From NCBI RefSeq assembly GCF_009914755.1, contig NC_060945.1: a DNA stretch of 64,000 nucleotides; one strand, written 5' to 3'. This DNA comes from the human T2T-CHM13v2.0 reference genome, Homo sapiens. The notes beneath the pieces are model-generated. The model was not told the DNA's origin, did no database searches, and saw nothing but the letters and a program-made list of their open reading frames with translations. Numbering within the stretch: the stretch's first letter is position 1; each line of letters starts with the position of its first letter. Below, in pieces: positions 39,901-53,605 of this stretch. A program made the position numbers and the translations under genes.

Positions 39901-39984
39901 GGCGAGTGAGCACTGACCTGGTGGTGGCATAGGCAGGTGCATGTCAGGGAGAGAGAACCTGTGTGCAAATACAAGGAAGGTGAG

Positions 39985-40332
39985 TGACATGGTTTGGCTG
40001 TGTCCCCACCAAAATCTCATCTTGAATTGTAGCTCCCATAATTCCCACATGTTGTGGGAGAGGGCAGGTGGGACATACTTGAATCATGGGGGCAGTTCTC
40101 GTGGTGGTGAATAAGTCTCGCGAGATCTACTGGTTTTATAAGGGGAAACTCCTTTTGCTTGGCTCTCGTTCTGTCTTTGCTGGCTGCCAGGTAAGATGTG
40201 CCTTTTGCCTTCCATCATAATTGTGAAGCCTCCCCAGCCACTTGGAACTGTGAATCCATTAAACCTCTTTTCCTTTTATAAATTACCCAGTCTTGGGTGT
40301 CTTTATCAGCAGCATGAAAACGGACTAATACA
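39985..40332 (+). mobile_element. THE1 (THE1C-like) solo LTR
   Basis: tgacatggtttggctgtgtccccacc ... gaaaacggactaataca. Perfect 5-bp TSD GTGAG. Confidence 0.95.
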
Positions 40333-42326
40333 GTGAGAGAGCATGACACCTTCAAGAAGGGGGCAGAGGACAAACTCTCCAGCCTGCCTGGGCTCATGCC
40401 CAGCACTGTGGCCCTTCTCTATCCAGGAGCCTTCCCTGTCATTATGCACACCCTCAGTCACTGTCCTCTGCTTGGCAGCACCTCTCTGGACTCACGGTTT
40501 GTGGACCAGTTTGTTCTCATTAATCCCACGACTTAAATTTCTAGCACCCATGACACACAACCTTTCCCTCTCCTAACTCAACCCCTTTGTCACTTTCCCC
40601 CACTTCTGACGTAAAGGTAACCCATCTTCCCCAATTACAATTTCTTGTGGCCCAGCCTTGCCCCAGTACCAATTTTTAGGAGATGATTTTTGTCACCATA
40701 GGTTTTATTTTACTGTGAAAGGCATAAGATTTGTTTGGGGCTCTTCTCTCTCTATGTCCACCTTCCCTGCCCTCAAGTTCACCATGCTCCCCCAGCATGA
40801 TCTCCAGTCTTCCCTAATGGCTGTTGGCTCCACTTCCCTCCAGCACTCTAAGAGTTATCAGCCTGCAGAATTATGAGCTGCTCAGGTCACCCTACAGCAA
40901 GTCACTCCTCCCACCCAGATCATTCTCCCTCAACCCATCAGAGCAATCCCTGGAAAACAGGAAGGTGGCCCTTCACTCCCTCCCCTGCCACACTCCCGCC
41001 TGGCAATTCCACCATGGCTGCTTTCAGCCTCACAGGGACCTCAAGTCCCTGGATACTTCCATCCATGCCATGATGTCTGGAACTCTCAAGAAATATTTTG
41101 GACAGTTTATCTGCCTGCTCTTGGATTTATTGAGCAGGGAAGAAACTCTGTAAGTTCACATATCTCTACTCTATCCCTGACAATTTTTTTCTGGGACTGG
41201 AGAGGAACCAGAAAGGGAATGGAGTTGGGGATTGAGGAAAGAGGGGAGAAACAAGAGAAGGGAATACCTTGGGCAGCTGGGCAAGAAGAAACAAAGCCAC
41301 ACCATCCAGAGACAGGGATTTTGGAATAACTGCAAAGTCACAAAAGTATTGGGAAGATGACTTAATGCCCTTGAATTCAAGTCCTCAGACATACACAGAT
41401 ATTGTGGTGATCATCATAGCAAAGCTAGCCTTCCCAGGAAAGAGAATGCCAGAGGTTTTCCTCAGAGGAGGCATAGAATTAGCCTAGCCAGTGACCAGTT
41501 AGCCAGTGACCAGTTAAAGGACAAGTGTTGACTTTGACTTTACCCCAGTCCACTCACGCTGCCACCCCCATGCCCTACAGACCCAGCCATGTCCTTGTGT
41601 AAAGCACACCAGGAGACACCAAAGGTATCACAGAGCAGGTCCAAGTGGGACATGGGTTCTGAAACCTTAATGCAAACCAATGGCATGCTGGTATCTGATC
41701 CCACCATGACCTTCATCTCGAGAAAGGTGCCACGAGGCTGTTTCTTGAAAGGAAGTTTTGTTGACCTGGTTCCTATACTGAATATGACCACTCACTACCT
41801 GGATTTCTTTAGCCATTTGGAATAGGAGCAAGACCACAAGCGCTCATTACCTTCCTGCATGAAATTACATCTCCTGGGAGGAAGAGAGCCATAAACATCA
41901 AGGTGGGTGTCACCTGGTCTTAATTTCTTGGCTTCATTAGAAAAATCTGAGAACTTGGAATGACATACCCACAGAGAACATTTGGGTTTACATAAACTAG
42001 TATATCCTTCATGTATAAATACATAGTTTAATGTAAAAGAATTGTGGGCCCAAACCAACAGTTTTAGGGTATTTAATTAGGATATTATTCAATAAGCACA
42101 AACGGCTCTTCCTAGGTCGGTATTTGATTCACCACTGAAAAATTTGAAACTAGGAAGCAAATCTCTAGAGAAGTTGCATTTATTATTTTGGAGTAATGGT
42201 AAACTTTGGGGATTTGATGAAAACGATGGGCCATCTCATCATAAAAATTCACACATACAAACATTTTTTTCTATGCAATTTAGAGGGTACCCAGCCCTAG
42301 CTAAGAATCTCTGATCTATTGATTAA

Positions 42327-42692
<366 letters not shown>

Positions 42693-43054
42693 TAGTGCCT
42701 GAAAGCTACGATGACATGGGCGTGAAATGGGCCCAGTGCAGACTACATGTGTGAGAAGAGACTTCCTTCAGGCCAGCACGACACTTCTTCCCTATGGTCA
42801 CAAGTGCCTTTTTCCTCTTTGTGTAACAACTCCTCTCTAACCATCTGCAGTTTGCATGTGTTGAACCAAACCCTAACTCCAAAAACTTAGGTCTGGTCAG
42901 TTGAAACCTCCCATTTATTTGGCTACAGTGATGGGTTTGGGGATGGATATGTGACCAAAGTCAGTGAGTGAGACTCAATTCCAGGACTCTCTTGAGACTA
43001 CTGGGAAAAACAATGCTATTTCTGTTGGAGTGGTTGAGAGGCCATGATGTAAGC

Positions 43055-43269
43055 CAGGGATTCTCAACCAGTGGTGATTTCACCTCCCATGGGACATTTG
43101 GGAACACCTGGAGACATTTTTGGTTGTCACTTCTAGGGATGTGCTACTGACATGTATTGGGTAGAAACCAGGGATGCAGTTGAACCTCCTACAAATGCAT
43201 GGGACAACCATCCCCAACAAAGAATTATTCTGCCACAAATGCCAATAATGCAGAGGTTGAGAAACGCTT
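43055..43269 (+). mobile_element. MER20 hAT-Charlie MITE nested in an old MLT1-like LTR (~42830-43470)
   Basis: cagggattctcaacc..gggacatttgg..ctggagacatttttggttgtcac ... gaggttgagaaac. TSD (A/C)TGTAAGC. Confidence 0.92.
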
Positions 43270-43964
43270 CTGTAAGCTTAGAGTTTGAGCAACTATTTTG
43301 GTGTTGCATAAAATGAGCCTGCCCAAGACTGAGGCCAACTGAAAGGAGATAAAGCTGAGAGATGGAGGAAGGGCAAGTCATGAAGATGTCCTTTGAGATC
43401 TGGGATGCATCTCTGTCTGAAGTTGAGCCCTGGACTTTACAAAACTGTATCATTTACAAGTAATTGCTTCCTGATTCAGCCTTCTGTTGATTCAACAACA
43501 CATGTTCGTTAGGTGGCTGCCAGGTGCCAGGACTCTTACTTTCATTGAGTTATACCAGCAACGATGTTAATGAGAAACAAATAACACAGATAAATAAAGA
43601 AAATAGAACTGGGAATGGCGGATTGCATACAGAGGCTAATTCAGATGAGGAGGAAACTGGAAATCAACAACAGAACATCCTCCGTGTGCATATATTGTGG
43701 TCTATGATGTATGAAAATGTAAAGTACATGATATTTGGTGCTCCTGAAAGAGTGTGGCTGCAGTCACAGTCATCAAATCCTTGCAGTGTCTTCACAAAAT
43801 CTCAAGTTCAGAACCCCTCTAGGATTGCTATGTAGGTACTAGTATAGAAGAGAGCATTTCTGATCTGTAAAGAGAAAACATGCAGGATTCTGCCTTCAGA
43901 TGGCATTTTATTTCCTGGCTGGGGGCATGAGACAGACTTTTGGTATTGAAGGACTTTGACTCCT

Positions 43965-44668
43965 AGATGCTGGCAAGGCTGTGGAGAAATAGAAACGCTT
44001 TTACACTGTTGCTGGGAATGTAAGTTAATTCAACCACTGTGGAAGGCAGTGTGGCAATTTCTCAAGGATCTAGAGCCAGAAATACCATTTGACCAAGCAG
44101 TCCCATTACTGGATATATACCCAAAAGATTATAAATCATTCTGTTATAAAGATGCATGCACACATATGTTTATTGCCACACTATTTATAATAGTAAAGAC
44201 TTGGAACCAACGCAAATACCCATCAATAATAGACTGGATAAAGAAAATGTGGCACATATACACCATGGAATACTATGCAGCCATAAAAAGGAATGAGTTC
44301 ATGTCCTTTGCAGGGACATGGGTGAAGATGGAAGCCATCATTCTCAGCAAACTAACACAGGAACAGAAAACCAAACACTGCATGTTCTCACTCATAAGTG
44401 ACAATTGAACAATGAGAACACATGGACACATGGAGGGGAACATCATACACCAGGGCCTGTCGGGAGGTGGGGGGCAATGGGAGGGAGAGCATTAGGACAA
44501 ATACCTAATGCATGCAAGGCTTAAAACCTAGATGACGGGTTGATAGGTGCAGCAAAGCACCATGGCACATGTATACCTAGGTAACAAACCTGCACGTTCT
44601 GCACACGTATCTCAGAACTTAAAGTAAAATTTAAAAAAATAAAAAAATAAAATAAAATAAAAATAAAA
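43965..44668 (+). mobile_element. 5'-truncated L1PA (ORF2 C-terminus, 3'UTR, A tail)
   Basis: ORF RCWQGCGEIETLLHCCWECKLIQPLWK...DWIKKMWHIYTMEYYAAIK is the L1 ORF2 cysteine-rich end. Degenerate TSD aaggactttgactcc / aacgattttgacacc. Confidence 0.95.
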
Positions 44669-45684
44669 CGATTTTGACACCACGAAATTGCTGAGTCCTG
44701 AAAGAGAACAAATGGTTCTGTGCAGACCAGGCACTACAGAGAGGTGCAGAGCTGAGGGGCAAATGAAGGCTCACATGGAGCCCAAGCTCCCATCACCCAG
44801 TCTTGCACTTGCCTTGAGTGTGTGTAACCCCAGGGAGGGGCACATTGTTATGAATTATTTGCCCAGAGGGTTTGTCTGCCCTGAGCAAGTGCCTTTACTT
44901 ATTTACACAAAGGGGTCCTCTGTGCTGGGTGGTAGCCCCACTGGTGGAAGCTGTAGTGTGCCCCAATCTCTCTTCTCATGCCTTCTCCATAGTCACAGAG
45001 CAATGACAGCATTCTTCTGGCCCCTTGCTGTCAGATGCAGGCACTGCCTACCATCTGATCAATGGGGAGTAATCACACATGCCATGCAGCAGCTTATAGG
45101 GACTTCCCTAAGGGACACCTGTCACATGCTTTTTGTCCCTGTTCTTTATCCTTTCCTCATTAGTGCTAGCTGGACTGCAGATGTTATTCAACCAAAGACA
45201 CACGCCCTGATGAAACGCACACGGGGCCTGCTGGGGAAGCACTTGTTGGAGAAAACTCCAGGAGTCAGGAGCAGAAGTGAGCATGTGGATCACCTGTTGG
45301 ACATAATGGTTCTGCAGCAGTGCACAGAGGGCTTACAGGGCCTGGCATCTGACTGTGGGAGAGGGACTTAACCCTTAGGAGGGTTTTAAACTTATGTCTC
45401 CTAGAAAGACTAGGAGTTTGGATCCAACAGCAGTAAGAGGCAGCGGGACCTGTCTCTGGTTTAATTCCATCAGCTCAGCTTCATGGCTGAGGAACACTCA
45501 TTCCATCCCTTGGTGAACCAGGGTTTGAAGTCCAAACCTTGCAGTCTCAGTTTCCATGACATGGCAGATGGGACCTGATTTGCCACCTCGAGCACTCAGC
45601 TGTACCAACTCAGACACCAACTTGTGGGAAATCAGTCTTGAAAAAGACTTGTAGCCTGTGTTGGTCAGTTGTTCCAACACAAGT

Positions 45685-45977
45685 CTCAGAGTTGCTCTGT
45701 GAAGGTATTCTGTAGATGTGGTTAGCATCAACAATCAGTTTGCTTTGAGTAAAGAAGATTATCCTTTTTAGCCTGGGTGGGTGGGCCATGTTGAAAGACA
45801 TTAAGAGCCACACTGAGAAAGAAGAAATGCTGCTTGTAGATGACAATGTCAGCTCCCACCACAGTTTCCAGCCTGCTAGCCTAAGGATTTCAGGCTTTCC
45901 CAGCCAGACCCCCAATTCCTTGAAATAAATAAATATATATCTTACTGGTTCTGTTTTTCTGGTAGAACTCTGATACC
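45685..45977 (+). mobile_element. MLT2-type ERVL LTR
   Basis: ctgtgaaggtatt.tgtagatgtggtta ... ctttgagtaaag.agattatcc ... tactggttctgtttttctgg.agaact. Confidence 0.8.
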
Positions 45978-46663
45978 TAGTGCAAGTCCAACTTGGACTT
46001 GCTTTTCCATGAATATGTTGGAATTAGAGCATCTATGTTTGACCAGCATAACTATGCACAGGGGAGCAACAAGATAACAAAGATCCTGGATCTTCTTACC
46101 CTGCGGATCCACAATAGCCCTTGGCCATACACCTCTGGATTTTTACACAGAAAAGATGCAAACTTCTACCTCAATGAAGCCATTGTTTTTCTTCTCTCAT
46201 AGCAAACTTAATCCTAAGTAATGTATATTTATTGGGTGACTATTATTTGCTCAACAGATAAGGAAAGAGAACTTCTGAGGAACTAAATGACATACCCAAG
46301 ATCACGCAACCAGCAAGTGGTAGGAATAAATGCACGCCTGTGGGGTTTGAAAGCCCACACTATTTGAACTACAAAATCCAGAATTTCAGGGTCCCACTTA
46401 TGCTTCTACAACAGCCCTTTTACATCTAGGCGTGGGGGGAATATTTCCTTAAGCAATAGTCTTTGGCTTCAGAAAATCTGAGCGTCGTCATATACTTTCA
46501 CAATGGAATGAGAGAAGAGCCAGCCAAAGGTATTTCAGAAGCAGAGAGAGCACTTTGCAGATCTAAGGTCTACCAAGGCTATCTCAGCTTAGCCATTCTT
46601 CAGGTCTAACGCGATGTACTAGGTTAGGCAGAAGTCACAGGCCGAAGTCCAGAGAAAACAAGA

Positions 46664-47115
46664 TGCATCAGTCACTGTGTAACTATTTATTGCTGTGTAA
46701 CAAATTTCTCCATAAACATTTATTATCTCACAGTTTTGGTGGATCAGGCATTCAGAAGCAGCTCACGTGGGTGGCTGGTGGCTCAGGGTCTCTCATGAGG
46801 TTTCAGTTAAGATGTTGACCAAGACTGAGGTTACACGAAGGCTTGACTGGGGCTGGAGAATTGGCTTTTGACAGGAGGCTTCATTTCCTCATCCCATACA
46901 CTTCTCTGTAGGGCTGCAAGTCTTCATGACATGGCAGTCTCTTCCCCCAGAATAAGTGATGCAAAGAGAAGGCCACGCTGCCTTCTATGACCCAGTCCCA
47001 GAAGTCACACACTGTCACATCTGCTATATTCTATTCATTAAAAGCAGATCATTGGGTCCAACCTATACAAAAAGGGTGGGGAAATTAAGCTCCACTCTTG
47101 AAAAGAGGAAAATCA
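46664..47115 (-). mobile_element. MLT1-type MaLR LTR hosting the putative ERG alternative last exon
   Basis: ttgctgtgtaacaaat..catttattatctcacagttt..ggatcagg ... ggcttgactggggctggag ... cagaagtcacacactgtcac. Confidence 0.85.
47049..47062 (-). CDS. ERG: Coding part of a putative ERG alternative terminal exon, (G)-W-T-Q-stop, with UTR to ~46670
   Basis: Minus strand reads gcttaatttccccaccctttttgtatAG|GT TGG ACC CAA TGA when read in the same phase as the canonical ETS exon. AATAAA at 46719-46724 and 46686-46691. Consistent with my recollection of a short ERG isoform ending WTQ (unverified). Confidence 0.7.
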
Positions 47116-47924
47116 TAGGCGACCCATATTAGAACAAGACAGAATTCTGCACAGACATTCATCAACAATAACTAACCAACAGAGGGCATTTGGCAGAGGA
47201 AGCAAACCTTCTGTGGAATAACGAAACCTACGGTACAGAGAGTGAACTCTCAGCCACCTCCCAGGAGGACATGAAACATCCTCTGCAGAGAACAATTAGA
47301 GTGCAGCACATTTCACAACATTGCTGAACACTGCTCCAACAGGGGCATGCTCCTGGTGGAAGCAAAACTGGGGCTCAGCTTCCATCCTAGGCCTCTGGAC
47401 CCGTGATGGGAAGGGTTCTTTTTCCATATTATTTAAAAAATAACTAAAGTCAAAGGGACATTGTATATACAGAACAGTGTTTGAAATGAACATGTATAAC
47501 CAATAAAGAAAACACTACCACAAAGAGAATTAGAACATTGCCAGGCTCTTAAAAGATCTGATTCTCCCTTCTTAACCCCATCCCTCTTCTTCCCGTTGAG
47601 AGGTAATCACTATCTTGGCTTTGGAATAATCATTCCCTTGCTTTTCCTCGTTTTTTTGTTTGTTTGTTTTGTTTTTTTCACTACCATTGCATGACGCCTA
47701 AATAATATATTATCTTTCTCTGCTTTCAAAATGTAAATAAATGGAACCATATCATATATGTTGTCCTGCTACATGCCCCTTTGGTGCGACAGTGAGTTTG
47801 TTAAGTTTCATTAATTGCTGTATAAACTCCATTATGTGGATATACCTGCATTGGCTAATCCAATCTAATGTTGATGGATTCTTGGTTGATGAATGCTCAT
47901 GAAAAAATTTCTTTTTTCTATATG

Positions 47925-48020
47925 CATGACCCAATCACCTCCCACCAGGCCCCAACTCCAACATTGGGGATTACAACTGAACATGAGATTTGAGCAGGGA
48001 CATAGATCCAAACTGTATCA
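47925..48020 (-). mobile_element. Truncated MST LTR end
   Basis: catgacccaatcacctcccaccaggcccc..tccaacattggggattacaa..catgagatttg...ccaaactgtatca. Confidence 0.85.
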
Positions 48021-48028
48021 GACTTTTT

Positions 48029-49526
48029 TTTATTAACTTTAATTTTGAGTTCAGGGGTACAAGTGCAGGTTTATTACATAGATAAACTTGTGTCATGGGT
48101 GTTTGTTGTCCAGACTATTTCATCACTCAGGTATTAAGCCTAGTACCCATAAGTTATTTTTCCAGATCTTCTCCCTCCTCCCACCCTCCCCGCTCTGAAA
48201 GGCCCCAGTGTGTGTTGTTCCCCTCTATGCGTCCATGTATTCTCATCGTTTAGCTCCCACTTATAAGTGAGAACATACGGTATTTGGTTTTCTGTTCCTG
48301 TGTGAGTCTGTGAAGGATAATGACCTCCAGCTCCATCCATGTCCCTGCAAAGGACATGATCTCATTCTTTTTATGGTTACATAGAATTTCTTGGTGTACA
48401 TGTACCATATTTTCTTTATCCAGTCTATCATTGATGGGCATTTAGGCTGATTTCATGCCTTTGCTATTGTGAATAGTGCTGCAGAGAACACTGAGGTGAA
48501 CATGTCTTTATAATAGAATGTTTTATACTCCTTTGTGTATATACCCAGTAATGGGATTGCTAAATCGAATGGTATTTCTGTCTTTAGGTCTTTGAGGAAT
48601 CACCACCCTGTCTTCCACAATGGCTGAACTAATTCACACTCCCACCAACAGTGTATAAGCATTCCTTTTTATTCACAACCTTGCCAGCATCTGTTATTTT
48701 TTGACTTTTTAATAATAGCCATTCTGACTGGTGTTAGATGGTATCTTATTGTGGTTTTGATTTGCATTTCTCTAATGATCAGTCATGTTGAGCTGTTTTT
48801 TCAAATAATTGTTGGCCACATGTATGTTTTCTTCTGAAAAGTGTCTGTTCATGACCTTTGCTCACTTTTTACAAGGGTTGTTTCTTTTCTTTGTAAAGAA
48901 ATTAATAAATTTAAGTTCCTTATAGATGCTGGATATTAGACCTTTGTTAGATGTATAGTTTGCAAAAGTTTTCTCCCATTCTGTAGATTGTCTGTTTACT
49001 CTGTTGATAGTTTATTTTGCTGTGCAGAAGCTTGTTAATTAGATCCTATTTGTCAATTTTTGCTTTTGTTCAGTTGCTTTTGGCATCTTCATCATGAAAC
49101 CTTTGCCTGTGCCTATGTCCTGAATGATATTGCCTAGGTTGTCTTCCATGATTTTTATAGTTTTGGGTTTTACATTTAAGTCTTTAATCCATCTTGCTTT
49201 AATTTTTGTATATGGTGTAAAGAGGGGGTCTAGTTTCAATATTCTGCATATGACTTACCACTTATCCTAGCACCATTTATTGAACAGGGAATCCTTTCCC
49301 CATTGCTTGTTTTTGTCACTTTTGTCCAAGATCAGATGGTTGTAAGTGTGCAGTCTTATTTCTGGGTTCTCTATTCTGTTCCATTGGTCTATGTGTCTGT
49401 TTTTTGTACCAGTACCATGCTGTTTTGGTTACTGTAGCCCTGTATTATAGTTTAAAGTTGGGTAGTGTGATGCCTTCAGCTTTGTTCTTTTTGCTTAGGA
49501 CTGTCTTGGCTATTCGGGCTTTTTCA
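48029..49526 (-). mobile_element. 5'-truncated older L1PA (L1PA13-15-like)
   Basis: ORF2 remnants ([25 protein letters not shown]; MSFAGTWMELE) and 3'UTR. 13-bp TSD TATCAGACTTTTT at 48016-48028 and 49527-49539. Confidence 0.93.
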
Positions 49527-52500
49527 TATCAGACTTTTTAATGTTTGACAATATGGTGGGTGCAAAATAGATATTATTTTGATTTTAATTTATATACCCT
49601 TAGTTACCATGAGCTTGAGCATTGTTTATAATTAATTGTTCATCATGTTTCCACTCTTGAAAAGTGATCTATTCAATTCTTTTGCATATTTCCCACCGTT
49701 TTTACTTGTTGATTTACAATAGTTAAACATTTTGGTTACTAGTGTTTTGCAGGTGATATGAGTTACAAAACTTTCTCCCAGCAGGTAGTTTATCTTTTCA
49801 CTCTCTTTAATGATATATTTTAATTTAAACACCCTTAATGTTAATATAGTAATATCTATCAATATTTCTTTTACAGGTTGTAGTTTTTATGTCTTGTTTT
49901 ATAAAACCGTTTTGCACCTCAAGGTCATATTCTCCTGTAATACCTTCTAAAATGCTTTATAAGTTTAAATTTTACATTTAAATCCTTAATCATATATGTG
50001 TGACTGATTTTTACATGTGGTATTATGTAGGGGTCCAATTAATTTTCCCCATTATAAAGATTTCTAGTTGTTTGGCCTCATTTATTGAAAAATCCACTCT
50101 TTCTGAGTTGATGTTTAGTACTATTTCTGATTATATCAAGTATGCATATCTGTTAGATTAGTTTATGGACTTTCCTATTCCATTGTTGTGTCTCTTTTGA
50201 GCCATCCATACTGTTATTCTTAATTACAATAACTTTATAATAAGATTTAGTTCCTAGGGGAACAAAAAACACAACACATGTGCTGTGCTTTCAAGCATAG
50301 CTGGGCCTGTGCAATCTGGCCCTCTGTGTAATTTTAAAAACAGCTTGTAAAAAAAAAAATGTACTGCCGGATTTTTTTTTTCAGAGGAATTGCAGTGGGT
50401 TTCTAGATTATCTTGCAAACAATAGACATCTTTATAATATGGAATTATTAAATCCATGTACATGATCCATCACTTCATTTGCTTACGTTGTCTTTAATGT
50501 TTTTAAATGAAGGTTTATTGTTTTCCCATAAAGCTCTTGCATATCTTTATAGAATTATTCTTAGGTATTACATTTTTATGCTATTGAAAATGATATATTT
50601 TTAAATTTAACCTTCTCAATGTATATGTTAGTATGTAAAAATGCAATTGAATTTTGATTCCAACAATTTTGCTAAAACTCTTAAATAAAATTCAAAAATT
50701 AACCTAATGATTAATTAGAATTTTATACATGCACAGCCATATTTTCTATGAATAATAATAGATTTGTTTCATTCCAATACTTACCATTTTTATTTCTTTT
50801 TTCCTTACCATAGTATTCTGGTGAGCCTCCAAACCTATGTTGAATAGTAAGCATCTTTTTCTTGTTCTTGACAGCAAAGAAAATGCTTTTAATTATATAG
50901 CTTTATGTGAAATATTTGCTATACATTTTCTATAGACACTATTATCAAGTTAAAGAAGTCATATTCTTTTCTTAGTTTGCTAGTAGTTAATAAGATATAG
51001 ATGCTTAATTTTACTTTCTATATGTATTCAGATAATCATACTTTTTTCCTATAATGTTTTCATGTGGGGGATACATTAATTGATTTCCCGATATTAACCC
51101 AACTTTGCACTATTTTGATCAACCCACCTTGATCATGATATAATTTCTTTTTTATACATGGCTGAATTCTCCTTATGAATATTTGGTTAAAATTTTTGCA
51201 TCTTGCATTCATAAGAATAATTGGCCTTTTTTTGTACTGTTATTGTTTTTGGCATCAAAGTTATGTTAGCCTACAAATTTTAAAAATTTTATTGGGGAGT
51301 ATTATTCTTTTTTATATTCTCCACCATATTTTGGGAAATTTTGGACCTTAAATATTTGATTGACCTAACTGATGAAGCCATCTGACTTTAGCTTTCTTTG
51401 TGGGAAAAGCTATGACTATGAATTCAGTTTCTTTAATGGCTGTAAGATCATTCAGGTTTTCTGTTTCTTCTTGTGTCAGTTTTGCTAGGTTTGTTTTCTA
51501 CACAAATTTATTCATTTAATATACTTTTCAAACAAATAGGCATAAAGTAGTTCACAACATCTTCTAATCATTTGAAAGTCTTTAGCAACCATAGACTTAT
51601 CCCCATTTTTATTCTTAATATTATCTGTCTTTTCTTTTTTAAAGTACTCTCACTAAAGACAAGATTTGTCCATTTTATTAATCTTTTAAAAAACTCCAAT
51701 TTTTATCTTTGTTGATTCTCTGTATTTTCAGTTGTTCAATTTGTTAATTTCTGTTATGTTTATAATATCCCACTTCCTAATTGTTTTTATTTGTTTTTTG
51801 TTTGTTTTGCTGCCTTTTTGCCAACTTTTTAAAATGGATGCTTAGTTTACTAATTATCATCCTTTTTTTTCTATTTCAATATAAATATTTAGGACTATAA
51901 ATTTCTATTTGCTGTTTTAGCTGTATACCACAAATTTTATATGTATTTTATTATATTAAATCATATTGTCTAAATTACATTGTAATTTCTTTTTTGAAAC
52001 GTTAGTATATTTCCTAAGTAAATTTTTCTACTTAACTTTTAATTGACATCTAGCATAATTACTTTAGGTCTGAGTAGGTATTATATTATTTTAGTCATTT
52101 AAATGTGTTGTGATTTTCTTTATAAACCTATTCATGGTAAATTTGTAAAAATGATTCATGTGTAAGAATTTGTATTTTTTAGTTGTTGGGAGCAGTACTC
52201 TAACCCCATTAAGTCAAGTTTGTTAATCTTCCATTTCTTGTTTTTTTTTTCACCTGTTTTATCAATAGCTCACACAACTATATTAAAAAGTAGGTATGAA
52301 TGTAGTGCAAGAAATTATTTTCTTCTTGTTATAAAATCAAAATGAAATTGACTCCACCAAGAATTGGTGAGAATTTTGAATATTTTAATGTCATCATCAT
52401 TGTGAGTTCTGCTCTATCCATAGATCCTGGAAGCAAAAGTCTTCTGGTCCTCAGTGCACACTCTTTGCTCCAAACCCTATAGGTTGTGGTTTCAGTGTCA

Positions 52501-53605
52501 AGTAAAGGTACAGGGATCCCTGATGGGGCTAGAATCTGCATAACCAAGGCTTCAGCTCCCTGGCAGAGCCACACTCTGAATTCCTGTAAGTATCCAGGAC
52601 TTAAACATTCATAATGGTCTAGGTCCCCATTGCTTGTGAATCCTATAGACTCTAATCTTTTCCCATTAATGGGATAACTTCTCCCAACATCTCTCTCGTT
52701 TTGCTACTCTTCTTATTGTTTCCTTTTACATTTTGTTTTCAAAAATTTCCCCAAGAACTTTGAGAAGTTCAATTTAAACTACTCTACCTTGGGCTTGAGG
52801 GTGGAGGAATGAGATGCTGAGACGTAAGATCTGGTAATAATGCCTACAATAGGCATATTTCCCTCCACAGAAAGGTCAGTACCTCTGTAAATATACAAAC
52901 CAACTGCCTGGCTTCCTGTTTTTTTCTGTATCACGTTCTTGTAGTACCATTGAGAAAGTAGCACTGGGAGGTTGAAAATGTACCTGGCTAGCATCCAAGT
53001 CCTGGGTCTGAGTTCAAGCTCTGCTTTTCACTAGCTACATGTTTTAAGATGTATATTACCATCTTGGAGTCTCTACTTCTCATCTTCAAATGGGGACAGG
53101 AATTCTGCAAGACTCTGAGGTCTACAAAGTCAGGGCCTGTGTTCTATTTCTTTTTGTATTCCTTGGGCCTAATTCCACATCTACTATTGTAGATCAAATC
53201 TTTGTTGTGAATGAAAGAATAAATAAATTTCTGTCTTCAAGATTTTTTGCTATGATGAACTGAGACAGCACATGAGTAAGCTCTTTGTAAACTATTTTTT
53301 TTAAGCACATGAAAAATGTATATTGTTATTGTCACCTTTCTATTATATTTCACAGCAATGTGAGATATCCTCAAATATGCTTTTACATCCCTCATCCTCA
53401 AATGTTTAGATCATCCCCCAATATTTACATATTTTTCAGCAATTGTTTAATATAATCTCTACCCAAGGAAGAGATAGAAGCCACTTGAAAAAAAGTCTTA
53501 GGGACATCTCCCAAAACTGCTTATTATTTGAATGGCTTATATTTTAAAATGTGTGCAGCCAATTTTTCGCTCTCTTGTGCTCCAACCCTTCTTCATACCA
53601 CAGGC

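Larger units (their letters stand above)
47480..52300 (-). mobile_element. Ancient L1M (L1MC/ME-like), host of the MST and L1PA insertions
   Basis: Long T-rich decayed antisense L1 motifs: gcatcttttt.cttgttcttga, ttatcaagttaaagaag, ttggcatcaaagttatgttagcc, atttttgcatct. Confidence 0.75.

Noticed and set aside
43956-44408. 150-aa ORF as a host gene
   Set aside because: It is the L1 ORF2 C-terminal remnant of a 5'-truncated, inactive element.
44688-45371. 227-aa ORF
   Set aside because: Non-ATG start, no recognisable domain or coding-like composition. One such ORF in 64 kb is plausible by chance.
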